Under the pieces are notes generated by a model. That model had not been told where the DNA came from, made no database searches, and worked only from the letters and a program-made list of their open reading frames with translations. The translations under genes were made by a program, and so were the position numbers. From positions 1,260,001-1,292,000 of the forward strand of contig OZ245819.1 in the NCBI GenBank assembly GCA_965228485.1: 32,000 nt of DNA, given 5' to 3'. Source of the stretch: Candidatus Saccharimonadota bacterium (GTDB lineage Bacteria; Patescibacteriota; Gracilibacteria; UBA4473). Shown piece after piece: positions 17,098 to 26,420 of the stretch; the first letter of the stretch is position 1; every line of letters begins with the position of its first letter.

Positions 17098-18411
17098 TTA
17101 GTTGTGACCTAAGAAGTCTTTGGTAGTGTCAAGGGCAACTTGTTCTCCGAGTAGTCCATCCATGTGTTCAAGAATTTTATCTTGATCAACCCAAATTTGT
17201 TTTCCTGAGTCCATGTCTCGAACAATTACTTGTGATTTTTTTATCTCCAGGTCTCCCATTAAGAGTGTGTAGGGAACGTTGAATTTTTGAGCTCTTTTGA
17301 GTTGCTCCTGCATTGAGGTTCGCCCAAGAACTCCGACCGCATGGTATCCATGTTCTCTGAGCTTTACTAGCAGCGGAAGGGCATGCTTTTTGGCTACAGG
17401 ACCTGTAGCTGCCAGGAAAATTTGTAGACTGTCTTTTTTTGGTACTTCAATACCATTTTGTTTCATTAGACTAATCACTCGATCAACTCCAGCGGCAAAT
17501 CCTGCACCACCAAGATTTGGTCCTCCCATTTTTTCAACGAGTCCATCGTATCGTCCTCCAACAAGAACTTTGTTGCGTGTTCCTTTTTCTCGAAATTCAA
17601 AAACGGTATTGGTGTAGTAGTCTAATGGCCGAGTGAGAGATGGATCGATAGAAAACTCTATTCCAAAACTCTGTAAATATTCCTGTACGTCCTCAAAGAA
17701 GACTCTTGATTCTTCAGAAAGAAAATCAGTGATTTTTGGTGCCATTTGTACCAAAATTTCTTCATCTTCTGTACGAGGATCTAGAAGTTCTAGGTACTTT
17801 CCTTGTAGAAGTTTTTCTCTTGATTCTGGGCTTAGGCTTCGTTCTTTTCCACTGTAGAAATTTTGAATAGCTTCGAAGAATTTTGTTCGATCTTCTGTGT
17901 TTCCAATGGTGTTGATCTTGAGTTCAATACCATCACGAATGCCTAGATCCGTCAGAATTCGGTGTCCAAGATACATAATCTGAGCATCGATTGAGGGATC
18001 TGTTTCTCCCAAAATTTCTACTCCAAACTGCCAGAATTGTCTTCTTGTTCGGGAATTTGGTCTCTCGAATCGAAAACAGGGTTCAATATAGTAGAGCTCT
18101 ACAGGAAGCGCTTGATCATTCATTTCATTTTCAATGAATGATCGAATAATCCCCGTTGTTATTTCTGGTCGAAGTGTATATTCTCGATCTTGTCGATCTT
18201 TGAAGCTGTAGAGTTCTCGAGCGGTAATCTCGTTTGTGTCTCCCAAAGAACGAATAAAAGCTCCCGTTTCTTCAAACATGGGAGGTGAAATTCTTCTGAA
18301 ACCAGCTTGCCTGTATCTATGACGGATAACTTTTTTTACAAAAGTGAAGTAATCGTGATAATCGGGAAGGAAATCAACGGTTCCAGTAGGGGCTCGGAAG
18401 AATTTGGGCAT
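17098..18411 (-). CDS. hisS: Histidyl-tRNA synthetase
   Basis: 'RAPTGTVDFLP', 'LYSFKDRQDREYTLRPEIT' and 'YYIEPCFRFERPNSRTRRQFWQFGVEILG' are class II HisS motifs. ATG 18411 (MPKFF...) is preferred over the longer ORF-track start at 18471. Confidence 0.9.
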   Translation of the reverse strand: MPKFFRAPTGTVDFLPDYHDYFTFVKKVIRHRYRQAGFRRISPPMFEETGAFIRSLGDTNEITARELYSFKDRQDREYTLRPEITTGIIRSFIENEMNDQALPVELYYIEPCFRFERPNSRTRRQFWQFGVEILGETDPSIDAQIMYLGHRILTDLGIRDGIELKINTIGNTEDRTKFFEAIQNFYSGKERSLSPESREKLLQGKYLELLDPRTEDEEILVQMAPKITDFLSEESRVFFEDVQEYLQSFGIEFSIDPSLTRPLDYYTNTVFEFREKGTRNKVLVGGRYDGLVEKMGGPNLGGAGFAAGVDRVISLMKQNGIEVPKKDSLQIFLAATGPVAKKHALPLLVKLREHGYHAVGVLGRTSMQEQLKRAQKFNVPYTLLMGDLEIKKSQVIVRDMDSGKQIWVDQDKILEHMDGLLGEQVALDTTKDFLGHN

Positions 18412-18586
18412 AGTATTAAATAAGTTGTTTTGAGTGTAAAACTTAAAGATGTGCCAGTAGAAACAGCACATTATAAAAATTATGACGCACTTATTATGTC
18501 ATTTTTATAAAATTTTCAAGGGAAAAAGCTTGAAAAAAGTCCTTTTAATCGATACAACTATCTCGAAATTTATTAAAAAATAATAT

Positions 18587-19042
18587 ATGAAAGGTCTGTT
18601 TAAATTGCTTATCGGTGTTATCATTGGAGGGATTTATGGGATGCTTTTTGCGCCTAAATCAGGGAAAAAGCTTCGAGCGGAATTGAAAAAATCAGATAAT
18701 CCGTGGAAGAAACTTCTAGAAGAAGGTATGAAAATGGACAAAGAAGCTCTGGACACTCTAGTAGATGAAGCAAAAAATTCTAAACAAGTACAAAAAGCAG
18801 TTAAGGCCGGAAAAGAGGCTATTGATGATGTAAAGAAAGAAGTGAAATCAACGGCAAAAACCGCTAAAAAGACCGCTACAAAGAGAGTAACAGCGGCCAA
18901 AAAGACGGCAACAAAGAAAGTAGCAACGGCAAAAAAAGCTGCTACAAAAAAAATAACGACCGCTAAGAAGACGGTTGCCAAAAAAGCAACTGCGGCAAAA
19001 AAACCAGCCGCTAAAAAGACTACGACTACGAAAAAGTCTTAG
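18587..19042 (+). CDS. YtxH-domain membrane-anchored protein with a Lys/Ala/Thr-rich H1-like C-terminal tail
   Basis: N-terminal 'LLIGVIIGGIYGMLFAPKSGKKLRAEL' matches the YtxH pattern. The C-terminal 65 residues are degenerate (T/A)AKK(T/A)ATKK repeats. Confidence 0.7.
   Translation: MKGLFKLLIGVIIGGIYGMLFAPKSGKKLRAELKKSDNPWKKLLEEGMKMDKEALDTLVDEAKNSKQVQKAVKAGKEAIDDVKKEVKSTAKTAKKTATKRVTAAKKTATKKVATAKKAATKKITTAKKTVAKKATAAKKPAAKKTTTTKKS
18845..19039 (+). repeat. Degenerate in-frame tandem repeat encoding AKK/TKK units
   Basis: Reiterated gc(n)aaaaa(g/a)ac(n)gc(n)aca-type units give KTAKKTATKRVTAAKKTATKKVATAKKAATKKITTAKKTVAKKATAAKKPAAKKTTTTKKS. Confidence 0.7.
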
Positions 19043-19065
19043 GTTTTTTACAAATAATTTTTTAG

Positions 19066-19095
19066 AAGACCACCTTCATATGGAGGTGGTCTTTT
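19066..19095 (+). terminator. Rho-independent terminator after the ytxH-like gene
   Basis: 10-bp stem AAGACCACCT (19066-19075) / AGGTGGTCTT (19084-19093) with an 8-nt loop. The T-run 19092-19095 overlaps the stem 3' end. Confidence 0.7.
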
Positions 19096-19128
19096 GACAT
19101 ATTTTTTATTTTGGGTATTCCATGTTTG

Positions 19129-19791
19129 ATGAATGATTCAGAGTTTCCATTTTCTAATGTAGAACCTTGTGGTTCTCTTGAATCGGAAGTGGGAGAGTTT
19201 GATATCTATCTTTCAGAATATGCTAAGTACCCTGGGCGTTGGGGGATATATTTTCATAATAGAGATCTGCATAAAGGTGATTGGAATGACCCTAGAGGAA
19301 ATAAATTCCCTCGTTGTGGATTCCGTGTTTACCCTGAAGCACATCAGCTGATCTTCTTAGGGATGTTATTACCTCAAGAATTACGAGGAAAAAGGCTTTC
19401 ATTGCCGTTTATGAAATCAGTGGCTGCTTTAGCCGTTGAAACTGGATACAAGTTTGAAAGAACGGGGATTATAAAGAAGCCGTCTATTTCTAGAAGGTTA
19501 TTAGACTGGGGTTTTTTGCCTGAGAGTGAAGAGGGGGAAGTAGAGATTTTACCAAGAAGGATGAATGAAAATGGTGTTCCAAGGGTGAATTTTTTGAACC
19601 CAGAAATGGCAGAAAATGTTCCTTTTTATACGGTAGTTGATGAGGGTGATTTATCAGCCTATCCTCTAACAAATCCGGATAGATCTAGAGTTTTTTTGAA
19701 CACCCGTTTTTGGAAGCCGGATGATTTTTGTTTTGATGATGTTCCTGTAACCTTTTCCGATTCTGTAAAAAACGTTTTAGGACAAAACTAA
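19129..19791 (+). CDS. Hypothetical protein, possibly GNAT-fold
   Basis: The ORF is intact. 'LIFLGMLLPQELRGKRLSLPFMKSVAALAVETGYKFERTGIIKKPSISRRLLDWGF' loosely resembles the GNAT beta4-alpha3 core. The ORF-track start is TTG 19111. Confidence 0.45.
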   Translation: MNDSEFPFSNVEPCGSLESEVGEFDIYLSEYAKYPGRWGIYFHNRDLHKGDWNDPRGNKFPRCGFRVYPEAHQLIFLGMLLPQELRGKRLSLPFMKSVAALAVETGYKFERTGIIKKPSISRRLLDWGFLPESEEGEVEILPRRMNENGVPRVNFLNPEMAENVPFYTVVDEGDLSAYPLTNPDRSRVFLNTRFWKPDDFCFDDVPVTFSDSVKNVLGQN

Positions 19792-19829
19792 GATGACTTT
19801 CGGCTAATTTTTCTTAACATAGGCACACA

Positions 19830-20810
19830 ATGAAAAAGAAAGTTTTAGTTACCGGGGGGGCTGGGTTTATTGGCTCAAATTTTTGTAATATCAATCGAGA
19901 TAAATATGAAATTGTAGCCTTGGATAACCTTTTTCTTGGAAGTCCTGAGAATTTGAATTCAGGTATTACTTTTGTAGAAGGTGATGCTTGTAAAACTTCA
20001 GATTTAGAAAAATGTGGAAGTGAGTTTGATGTAGTTCTTCATTTTGCGGGGACAAGTTCGGCTCCGATGTTCATGGATGATGGTTTTGCGGATGGCTATG
20101 TTAATTCAGTAGAAAGTTTTGTTCGAACTATTGAGTTTGCACGAAAGGCTGGAGCTAAAAAATTTCTTTATGCTTCGACGTCATCTTTGTATGGAAACAA
20201 TCCAATGCCACTTGTGGAAACTCAGAATGTAAAACCACTAAACCATTATGCAGCAACAAAGTTTTGCTATGAACATTGTGCAGAATGTTATAACCGAGTA
20301 TATCCTGAGATGGATATTTTTGGGTTTAGATTTATGTCTGTTTATGGTCCAAACGAGGAATCAAAAGGGCAGTTTGCAAATATGATTTCTCAGTTTTTAT
20401 GGGATATAGCTCGAGAGTTGCCACCGGTGATTTATGGAGATGGGCAGCAGTTTAGAGATTTTACTAATGTTTCAGATATTGTTCAGGCATTAACATTAGC
20501 TTCGGAAACTCCAGACGGTTTTGGGAATAAAGTTTATAACATTGGAAGAGGAGATTCGACGTCTTTTAATGATATTTTTGATACTATTAATCAAGCTCTG
20601 GGGAAATCTGTAGAACCAATTTACATTCCTAACCCAGTGAAGGAAGGTTACGTAAAAGGGCAACATGCTGATATTTCGCTTATTAAGGAGGAGCTCGGCT
20701 ATGTTCCTGTTGTGGAGCTTGCAGAAGGAATTGAAGATTTAGTTGAGAATCTGGATATGAATAAAATTAAAGAAACGAGTAGTGATTTAATTCGAGATAA
20801 ATATGCATAA
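19830..20810 (+). CDS. NAD-dependent sugar-nucleotide epimerase/dehydratase (SDR family)
   Basis: Rossmann motif 'VLVTGGAGFIGSNF' and catalytic YxxxK 'YAATKFCYE'. 326 aa. Confidence 0.8.
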   Translation: MKKKVLVTGGAGFIGSNFCNINRDKYEIVALDNLFLGSPENLNSGITFVEGDACKTSDLEKCGSEFDVVLHFAGTSSAPMFMDDGFADGYVNSVESFVRTIEFARKAGAKKFLYASTSSLYGNNPMPLVETQNVKPLNHYAATKFCYEHCAECYNRVYPEMDIFGFRFMSVYGPNEESKGQFANMISQFLWDIARELPPVIYGDGQQFRDFTNVSDIVQALTLASETPDGFGNKVYNIGRGDSTSFNDIFDTINQALGKSVEPIYIPNPVKEGYVKGQHADISLIKEELGYVPVVELAEGIEDLVENLDMNKIKETSSDLIRDKYA

Positions 20811-21918
20811 AAAATTAGGAATTCTTGGTGGTGGACAGTTAGGGAGAATGATGATTGCTCCTTGTATTGACTTGGGAGTTGAAGTGTATTTTTTAGATCC
20901 GAATTCTCAGTGTAGTGTGAGTGAGTTTACCAATCATCTAACGGTAGGGGATTTTAAAGATTACGATACGGTTCTTGCTTTTGGGCGTATGGTTGATGTT
21001 TTGACCGTTGAGATTGAACATGTAAATGTAGAGGCTCTTGAACAGCTTGAATCAGAAGGGAAATCGGTCTATCCATCAAGTAAAGTGCTTCGAACTATTC
21101 AAGATAAGGGTCTACAAAAGCAGTTTTATAAAGATAACCATATTCCTACATCTGATTTTGAGTGTGTGGAAAATACGGCGGCTATTACAAATTTTCCGAT
21201 TGTTCAGAAAACTCGAATGGGAGGATATGATGGACAAGGAGTACAGGTTTTGAAGTCTTCGGAAGATTTACCCAAGGCTTTTGAAGTGCCCTCTGTACTG
21301 GAATCTTTGGTAGACATTGAAAAAGAGATTGGTGTTATGGTAGTTCGAAATACTGAAGGAGTTATTCAGGTTTTTCCGCCTGTAGAAATGATTTTTTGCC
21401 CAGAATTGAATCTTGTTAAGTATGTGGCTTGTCCATCAGAACTGGATAGTTTTGAGAGTAAAAAATTTGTTCAACTAGCTAAGGAGGTGGCTGAAAAAAT
21501 TGATCTTGTTGGGATTTTAGCCGTTGAATTTTTTCTCACCCCTGAAGGAGATATTCTAGTGAATGAAGTAGCTCCAAGAGTCCATAATTCTGGACATTTA
21601 ACGATAGAAGGGACCACGACTTCACAATTTGAAATACATGTACGAGCGGTTATGGGACTACCGCTCCCTGAAGTTTCTATTACAAAACCAAGTATTATGG
21701 TTAATCTTGTTGGTGAGTCAGATCATTTTGGGGAGGCTCAATTAAAAGGAGAAGATGAAATCCTGTCTTTACCAGGAGTTTATCTTCATTGGTATGGGAA
21801 AAAAGAAACACGTCCAGGACGAAAAATGGGGCATGTGACTATTGTGAGAACTTCTATAGCTGAAGCGAGAGCTATCGCTGACAAAGTTTTGGAAACACTG
21901 AAAGTGGTTTCTAAGTAG
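20803..21918 (+). CDS. purK: N5-carboxyaminoimidazole ribonucleotide synthase
   Basis: 'LGILGGGQLGRMM' N-terminus, ATP-grasp core, 'NEVAPRVHNSGH' and C-terminal 'RKMGHVT'. The start overlaps the epimerase stop by 8 nt (ATGCATAA). Confidence 0.85.
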   Translation: MHKKLGILGGGQLGRMMIAPCIDLGVEVYFLDPNSQCSVSEFTNHLTVGDFKDYDTVLAFGRMVDVLTVEIEHVNVEALEQLESEGKSVYPSSKVLRTIQDKGLQKQFYKDNHIPTSDFECVENTAAITNFPIVQKTRMGGYDGQGVQVLKSSEDLPKAFEVPSVLESLVDIEKEIGVMVVRNTEGVIQVFPPVEMIFCPELNLVKYVACPSELDSFESKKFVQLAKEVAEKIDLVGILAVEFFLTPEGDILVNEVAPRVHNSGHLTIEGTTTSQFEIHVRAVMGLPLPEVSITKPSIMVNLVGESDHFGEAQLKGEDEILSLPGVYLHWYGKKETRPGRKMGHVTIVRTSIAEARAIADKVLETLKVVSK

Positions 21919-21974
21919 TATTTTTGATTTATCTGTTTTTCTGGTGTAGAAGTAGAGTACTTAAATAAAATTAC

Positions 21975-22460
21975 ATGGCACAAGTTGGGATCATTATGGG
22001 AAGTACATCAGATTTACCAGTGATGAACGAAGCGGCAGATATTTTAAAAGAATTGGGAGTTGATTTTGAGATAGAGATCGTTTCTGCTCATAGAACTCCA
22101 GATCGAATGGCTGAATACGGGAAAACAGCAAAAGAACGTGGTCTTAAGGTCATTATCGCTGGAGCTGGTGGAGCGGCTCACTTACCTGGAATGACAGCGT
22201 CTTTTACAACGCTCCCAGTAATTGGGGTACCGGTTAAATCTCATAATTCTATTCAGGGGATTGATTCTCTACTTTCTATCGTTCAGATGCCAGGAGGGGT
22301 TCCAGTCGCTACAGTCGCTATTAATGGAGCTAAAAATGCAGGAATACTAGCGGCTCAGATTGTGGGTAATACCGATGAGAATGTTTCTCATCGTTTGTCT
22401 GAATATAAGAAAACAATGGAAGAAAAGGTCCTAAATGATGCCAGAGAAAAGCTTGGATAA
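21975..22460 (+). CDS. purE: N5-carboxyaminoimidazole ribonucleotide mutase
   Basis: '[14 protein letters not shown]', 'VSAHRTPDR' and '[10 protein letters not shown]' are PurE signatures. 161 aa. Confidence 0.9.
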   Translation: MAQVGIIMGSTSDLPVMNEAADILKELGVDFEIEIVSAHRTPDRMAEYGKTAKERGLKVIIAGAGGAAHLPGMTASFTTLPVIGVPVKSHNSIQGIDSLLSIVQMPGGVPVATVAINGAKNAGILAAQIVGNTDENVSHRLSEYKKTMEEKVLNDAREKLG

Positions 22461-22466
22461 AAAAAT

Positions 22467-22494
22467 TTGACGCCATTAGATTTTGACTTAAAAT
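22467..22494 (+). promoter_or_regulatory. Candidate promoter for tRNA-Asp
   Basis: TTGACG (22467-22472), 16-nt spacer, TAAAAT (22489-22494). The tRNA 5' end lies 15 nt downstream. Confidence 0.45.
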
Positions 22495-22508
22495 CTCTTG
22501 GCTCTTGG

Positions 22509-22585
22509 GGGATCGTAGCTCAATTGGTTAGAGCACCTGCCTGTCACGCAGGAGGCTGCGGGTTCGAGTCCCGTCGGTCCCGCCA
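22509..22585 (+). tRNA. tRNA-Asp (anticodon GTC), CCA encoded
   Basis: Hand-folded cloverleaf. Acceptor GGGATCG/CGGTCCC has one U-G pair. D stem is GCTC/GAGC. Anticodon stem is CCTGC/GCAGG with loop CT-GTC-AC. T arm is GCGGG-TTCGAGT-CCCGT. Discriminator is G, then CCA. 77 nt. Confidence 0.9.
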
Positions 22586-22594
22586 GTAAAATAA

Positions 22595-22621
22595 TTTCAG
22601 CTTTGTGCTGGAATTTTTTTT
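22595..22621 (+). terminator. Rho-independent terminator after tRNA-Asp
   Basis: Stem TTTCAGC (22595-22601) / GCTGGAA (22607-22613) includes one G-U pair. Loop is TTTGT, followed by T8 (22614-22621). Confidence 0.6.
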
Positions 22622-22644
22622 ATTACCTATGTTAATCTGATCCT

Positions 22645-23313
22645 ATGAAATTGTTTCAAATTGTAGAAGGTATTCATGATCAGTATGAAGATGAAAACGA
22701 ATTGAAAGTTCTACCTCAACATACTGGATCTGTAATATTAGCACATGGTTCTTTTGGAAAAGTGCTTTTTGATACGGGAAGTCGAGGTGCTTGGCCTAAG
22801 GTAAAAAAGGTTTTAGCGGAAAAGGGTGTTATGCCCGAAGATATTGATTTTGTATTTTTAACTCATCTGCATTTAGATCATAGTTTTAATGTAGCCCGCT
22901 TTCCTAATGCAAGAGTGTTTTGTTGGGCTCATGAGTGGAAAAGTTCTGGAACTTATGAGTTGGTTTTTGATATTGATAAGCAAGCTATTCCAGAGATTTT
23001 AACGGGAATCACAGCGATAAGAACACCGGGGCATGATGAGTGCATGAATTCATATTTTATTGAGGGGGCAGTATCTTTGAATTTTTTGAATGGAGAGGAG
23101 GTTTATCTAGCAAATAAAAAATTATGTATTAGCGGGGATGCTATTAATCCAGCAGTAATTGATTCAAAAGGTAGTAGATTGCCTTATTTTTATGATGAAA
23201 AATTGTATAAAAAAAGTGTTCAAAAGATATTGGGCTGTAATCCAGATTTTATTATCCCAGGTCATGGACCATTAATTTCAAAACCAGTTGAAGGCTGGTC
23301 TGAAATTCTCTAA
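22645..23313 (+). CDS. MBL-fold metallo-hydrolase
   Basis: 'FVFLTHLHLDHSFN' is the HxHxDH motif. Later 'TPGHDE' and 'IIPGHGP' provide further metal-ligand histidines. Confidence 0.75.
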   Translation: MKLFQIVEGIHDQYEDENELKVLPQHTGSVILAHGSFGKVLFDTGSRGAWPKVKKVLAEKGVMPEDIDFVFLTHLHLDHSFNVARFPNARVFCWAHEWKSSGTYELVFDIDKQAIPEILTGITAIRTPGHDECMNSYFIEGAVSLNFLNGEEVYLANKKLCISGDAINPAVIDSKGSRLPYFYDEKLYKKSVQKILGCNPDFIIPGHGPLISKPVEGWSEIL

Positions 23314-23320
23314 AATTTTT

Positions 23321-23518
23321 ATGATGAAACTTTTTGATAAAAAACTCAGCTCAAAAGCTTTTGGTGGATTTGTTCTTTTCTTTCTTGGATTATATTTTTG
23401 GTTAAAGAATTATTTTCCAGATTGGAGTTTTTGGAATTTTGTTAATATGGAGCAAAATTGGCCTTTAATTCTAATTATTATAGGCTCTTATCTGCTTTTA
23501 GATTATTACAATCGATAA
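23321..23518 (+). CDS. Small two-TM membrane protein
   Basis: MMKLFDKKLSSKAFGGFVLFFLGLYFWL...WPLILIIIGSYLLLDYY has two hydrophobic helices. ATG 23321 lies just after the MBL stop. The ORF-track TTG 23288 overlaps the MBL gene. Confidence 0.45.
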   Translation: MMKLFDKKLSSKAFGGFVLFFLGLYFWLKNYFPDWSFWNFVNMEQNWPLILIIIGSYLLLDYYNR

Positions 23519-23530
23519 ATTCGGTAATTC

Positions 23531-24367
23531 TTATATTTTTTTGAGTGCTAGGGTGGCAGCCCCATCAGCTCCAGCGTTTTTTAATTTTGAAAAAGCTAAG
23601 TCTAGGCTTACTGGATATTTTTCTAATTTCTGGTTTGTTCTTTTTATTATCTGTTCTTCAAAGTGCGACCAAAAATGCTTACCTGCTCCGCCACCAATAA
23701 CTATTTTTTTAGGATCGAAGGCGAGCACAATATAACTTAGCCAATCAGTCATAATTTCTAGCTTTGGTTCAATTTTTTTTATAATTTCAGGGTCATTAGT
23801 ATGATCATCAATAAGTGACAGCTGATCTACGCCTAGTAGTTTTTGTAGTCCTGGGCCAGCGAGGTGTTCTTCTACTTCTGAACCATGAATTTGGATATGA
23901 CCAATTTCTCCAGCTGATCCGTGAGATCCACCAAAGGGTTCTTCGTTTATAATAATTCCTGTCCCAACACCAGTGCCGATTATAATCCCAATAAGTACAT
24001 CACTTTCAGGGAAAGATTTTTTTTGTTGAGCAAGAGCAAAGCATCGTGCATCATTTTCTAAAAAAGTAGGTATATTTGTTTCGTTTTTCAGGAATTGGGT
24101 TATGCCAAAATTGTTTAGAGCAGGAATATTTGGAGCCTTTAAGATAATTCCATTCTTACTATCTACAAAACCAGCCCAAGAAACCCCAATTGCTTTTGTG
24201 TCATTGTTTCTTACCTGATCGATAGCGGAAAGAATATTTTTACAAACGTTTTTTTGATCACTCTTTGCTTCGGTTGGAACTTTGATTTCTGCTTCAATTT
24301 GCAGCTGTTTATTATAGCGAGCTGCATATATTTTTGTGCCGCCAATATCTAGTGCTATGACGTTCAT
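23531..24367 (-). CDS. ROK-family sugar kinase (glucokinase-like)
   Basis: 'VIALDIGGTKI' and 'GIIIGTGVGTGIIINEEPFGGSHGSAGEIGH' are ROK signatures. The usual CxCGxxGC zinc motif is not evident. The ATG overlaps the GH15 stop (ATGA). Confidence 0.8.
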   Translation of the reverse strand: MNVIALDIGGTKIYAARYNKQLQIEAEIKVPTEAKSDQKNVCKNILSAIDQVRNNDTKAIGVSWAGFVDSKNGIILKAPNIPALNNFGITQFLKNETNIPTFLENDARCFALAQQKKSFPESDVLIGIIIGTGVGTGIIINEEPFGGSHGSAGEIGHIQIHGSEVEEHLAGPGLQKLLGVDQLSLIDDHTNDPEIIKKIEPKLEIMTDWLSYIVLAFDPKKIVIGGGAGKHFWSHFEEQIIKRTNQKLEKYPVSLDLAFSKLKNAGADGAATLALKKI

Positions 24368-26346
24368 TTTTTGTTTTTTAATGCTTCATACTTATGTTTG
24401 TATCTTAGAACGGTGTCTACAAAGGTCGCATGACTCCAGGTGAGTGGTGCTACGGACAAGGGATCTCCATTAAATGGATTGAGCTGTTCAGGAAGAATTT
24501 GGGCGTTATTGGTTTTGGTTACTACCCATTCAATAATATCTCGTGCTTGGTGTAGTTGTTTTGTTGATTTTGCCTGTGAAAGTTTCCAATTAGCGAGCCA
24601 TAAAGTCGTAATAATCCAAGGATTTCCAGGAATCTCTGCTGAGTAGTTTTGACTCCAGTCTCGATGATAAAAGTCGCCTTCATATCGGGCGATTCCGCCA
24701 ACTTCAGTATGAACCCATAATTTTTCTTCAATGGCTTTCATGGTGTTTTTTAGTCTGGGGTCATCGTCTTCCAATACACCCATTTCCCAGAGGAAATAAA
24801 GACTAGAATCTACGGTTGGATCTAGATGAAACTCTCCATTTTCCATGAAGCCTTTCTTTACGAATCGTTCTGATTTTTCACAATATAAATGCTTGAGAAT
24901 AGCCTTTCTTACTTTTTTGGCAGCATCTCTGAAAACGACTTCATCTTCGTAATGTCCAGTAACTTTAGAAAGGTTTTCCGCGGCCTTTAATCCTCCATAA
25001 ACGGTGGCACAGGTATAAGTAAAAATTCCATATTGTTCTTCCCAAAGATCGTAACTTGGTTTTGGTAGTCCAGTTTCTTCATTTATGTACTTAATAAGGA
25101 ATTTACCAACTTTTAATACCATTGGATTGAAAAGGCGTTGCACAACTTCAATTGATTTGGATTCTTCATAGAGTTTCCATAGAGCTACTAGCAGAAGGGC
25201 TGACTCATCTTCTTGTATTGGGATTTGTGGTTTTCCATCTTTAAATTTCGGATGCCAGGAAGAGCCCAAAGAACCTTCTGGAGTAAATTTATGTAGTACA
25301 TAACCTTCTGGAGTAATAACTTTCTGACAAAAGTTTAGAAACCTTTTAACGGGTTCAAAGTACCCTGCTTGAGATAAAGCATTACAGATTAAGGCTCCGT
25401 CTCGAGGCCACATATAGCTGTAGGTGTCTTTGTTGAACTTCATAATATCAGAATCGGTAGAAGCAATAATAGCTCCTCGATTATCAATTTGAGATCGCAC
25501 TAATAGTAAGCTCTGATACCATAGATTTCGTGCATTTTTTGGAATGCCGTTGAGTTTGATTTGATGTTTTTTAGACCATTCTTTCCAGTATCCAAAAGAA
25601 TGTTGATAGACTTTTTCTGGGCCTAGGTTTTCTACTCGACGGTTATTTTTAAGGATATCACCATAGTTGAGTCCTGCGGCTACCCACATGAAGAGTGTTC
25701 GAGGCTTATTCGGCTTGATTCTTTGGTGGAAGGCAACGGTTGAATCTACAGAACCTTGCTCGATGGGGTGTTCATGTAGTTCTCCATCTTCAGCATCTCT
25801 CCAGGTTCCTTCTCGATCTTTATAGTTGGATTTTCCGGTTGTAAATTGGGTCATTCCTTCATTTGAATGATCCCAACGTCCATTAATGAGGAAATATCGT
25901 TTTTTTCTATAGTGTAAGACTCCATTTAACGCTGGCTCATAGAGAGAGGTATCTTCCATTTTATCTCCATAAATATAGAAGTCATGACTAAAAAATAGTC
26001 TAAACTCTCGTTCGTGTTCTGCGAGATTAGAAATTTTAATTTTTCTCACCAAAATATCATGGGTGGTGTAAATAAAATCTTCAAAAAGTAGCTCTACTTG
26101 AAGGTGATCATTTTTAGCTGTTGAGTAGCCAACGAGAGATCCTTGGTGATATCTAACGCTTATATTCCAAGAATCATCATTAAGCCAGCTAAATTGACCA
26201 TCAACCCAGAGTCCAATTCGATGGGCTTTTCCATAGGCAGAGTGATTTTCTTGCCCAATGTAAGGATAGAAAAAATCACGCATTTGTAGATATTCATCGA
26301 AGCTTGCGAGAAGATTTCCGTTAGACACAATCAATGATTGGGGCAT
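24364..26346 (-). CDS. Glycoside hydrolase family 15 (glucoamylase/glucodextranase-like)
   Basis: 'SYMWPRDGALI', 'DLWEEQYGIFTYT' and 'PEQLNPFNGDPLSVAPLTWSHA' are GH15 catalytic-domain blocks. 660 aa with an N-terminal beta-domain. Confidence 0.85.
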   Translation of the reverse strand: MPQSLIVSNGNLLASFDEYLQMRDFFYPYIGQENHSAYGKAHRIGLWVDGQFSWLNDDSWNISVRYHQGSLVGYSTAKNDHLQVELLFEDFIYTTHDILVRKIKISNLAEHEREFRLFFSHDFYIYGDKMEDTSLYEPALNGVLHYRKKRYFLINGRWDHSNEGMTQFTTGKSNYKDREGTWRDAEDGELHEHPIEQGSVDSTVAFHQRIKPNKPRTLFMWVAAGLNYGDILKNNRRVENLGPEKVYQHSFGYWKEWSKKHQIKLNGIPKNARNLWYQSLLLVRSQIDNRGAIIASTDSDIMKFNKDTYSYMWPRDGALICNALSQAGYFEPVKRFLNFCQKVITPEGYVLHKFTPEGSLGSSWHPKFKDGKPQIPIQEDESALLLVALWKLYEESKSIEVVQRLFNPMVLKVGKFLIKYINEETGLPKPSYDLWEEQYGIFTYTCATVYGGLKAAENLSKVTGHYEDEVVFRDAAKKVRKAILKHLYCEKSERFVKKGFMENGEFHLDPTVDSSLYFLWEMGVLEDDDPRLKNTMKAIEEKLWVHTEVGGIARYEGDFYHRDWSQNYSAEIPGNPWIITTLWLANWKLSQAKSTKQLHQARDIIEWVVTKTNNAQILPEQLNPFNGDPLSVAPLTWSHATFVDTVLRYKHKYEALKNKK

Positions 26347-26420
26347 GAATTAGGTTTTAAACTTGAGTTAAGCCTTATTATACCAGAGTTTCAATTATTT
26401 GAGAAGGAATACTTTTTTAT

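Noticed and set aside
18634-18981. 115-aa antisense ORF opposite the ytxH-like gene
   Set aside because: It is the mirror image of the AKK/TKK repeat (giving FFA/VAV repeats). It is a low-complexity artefact.
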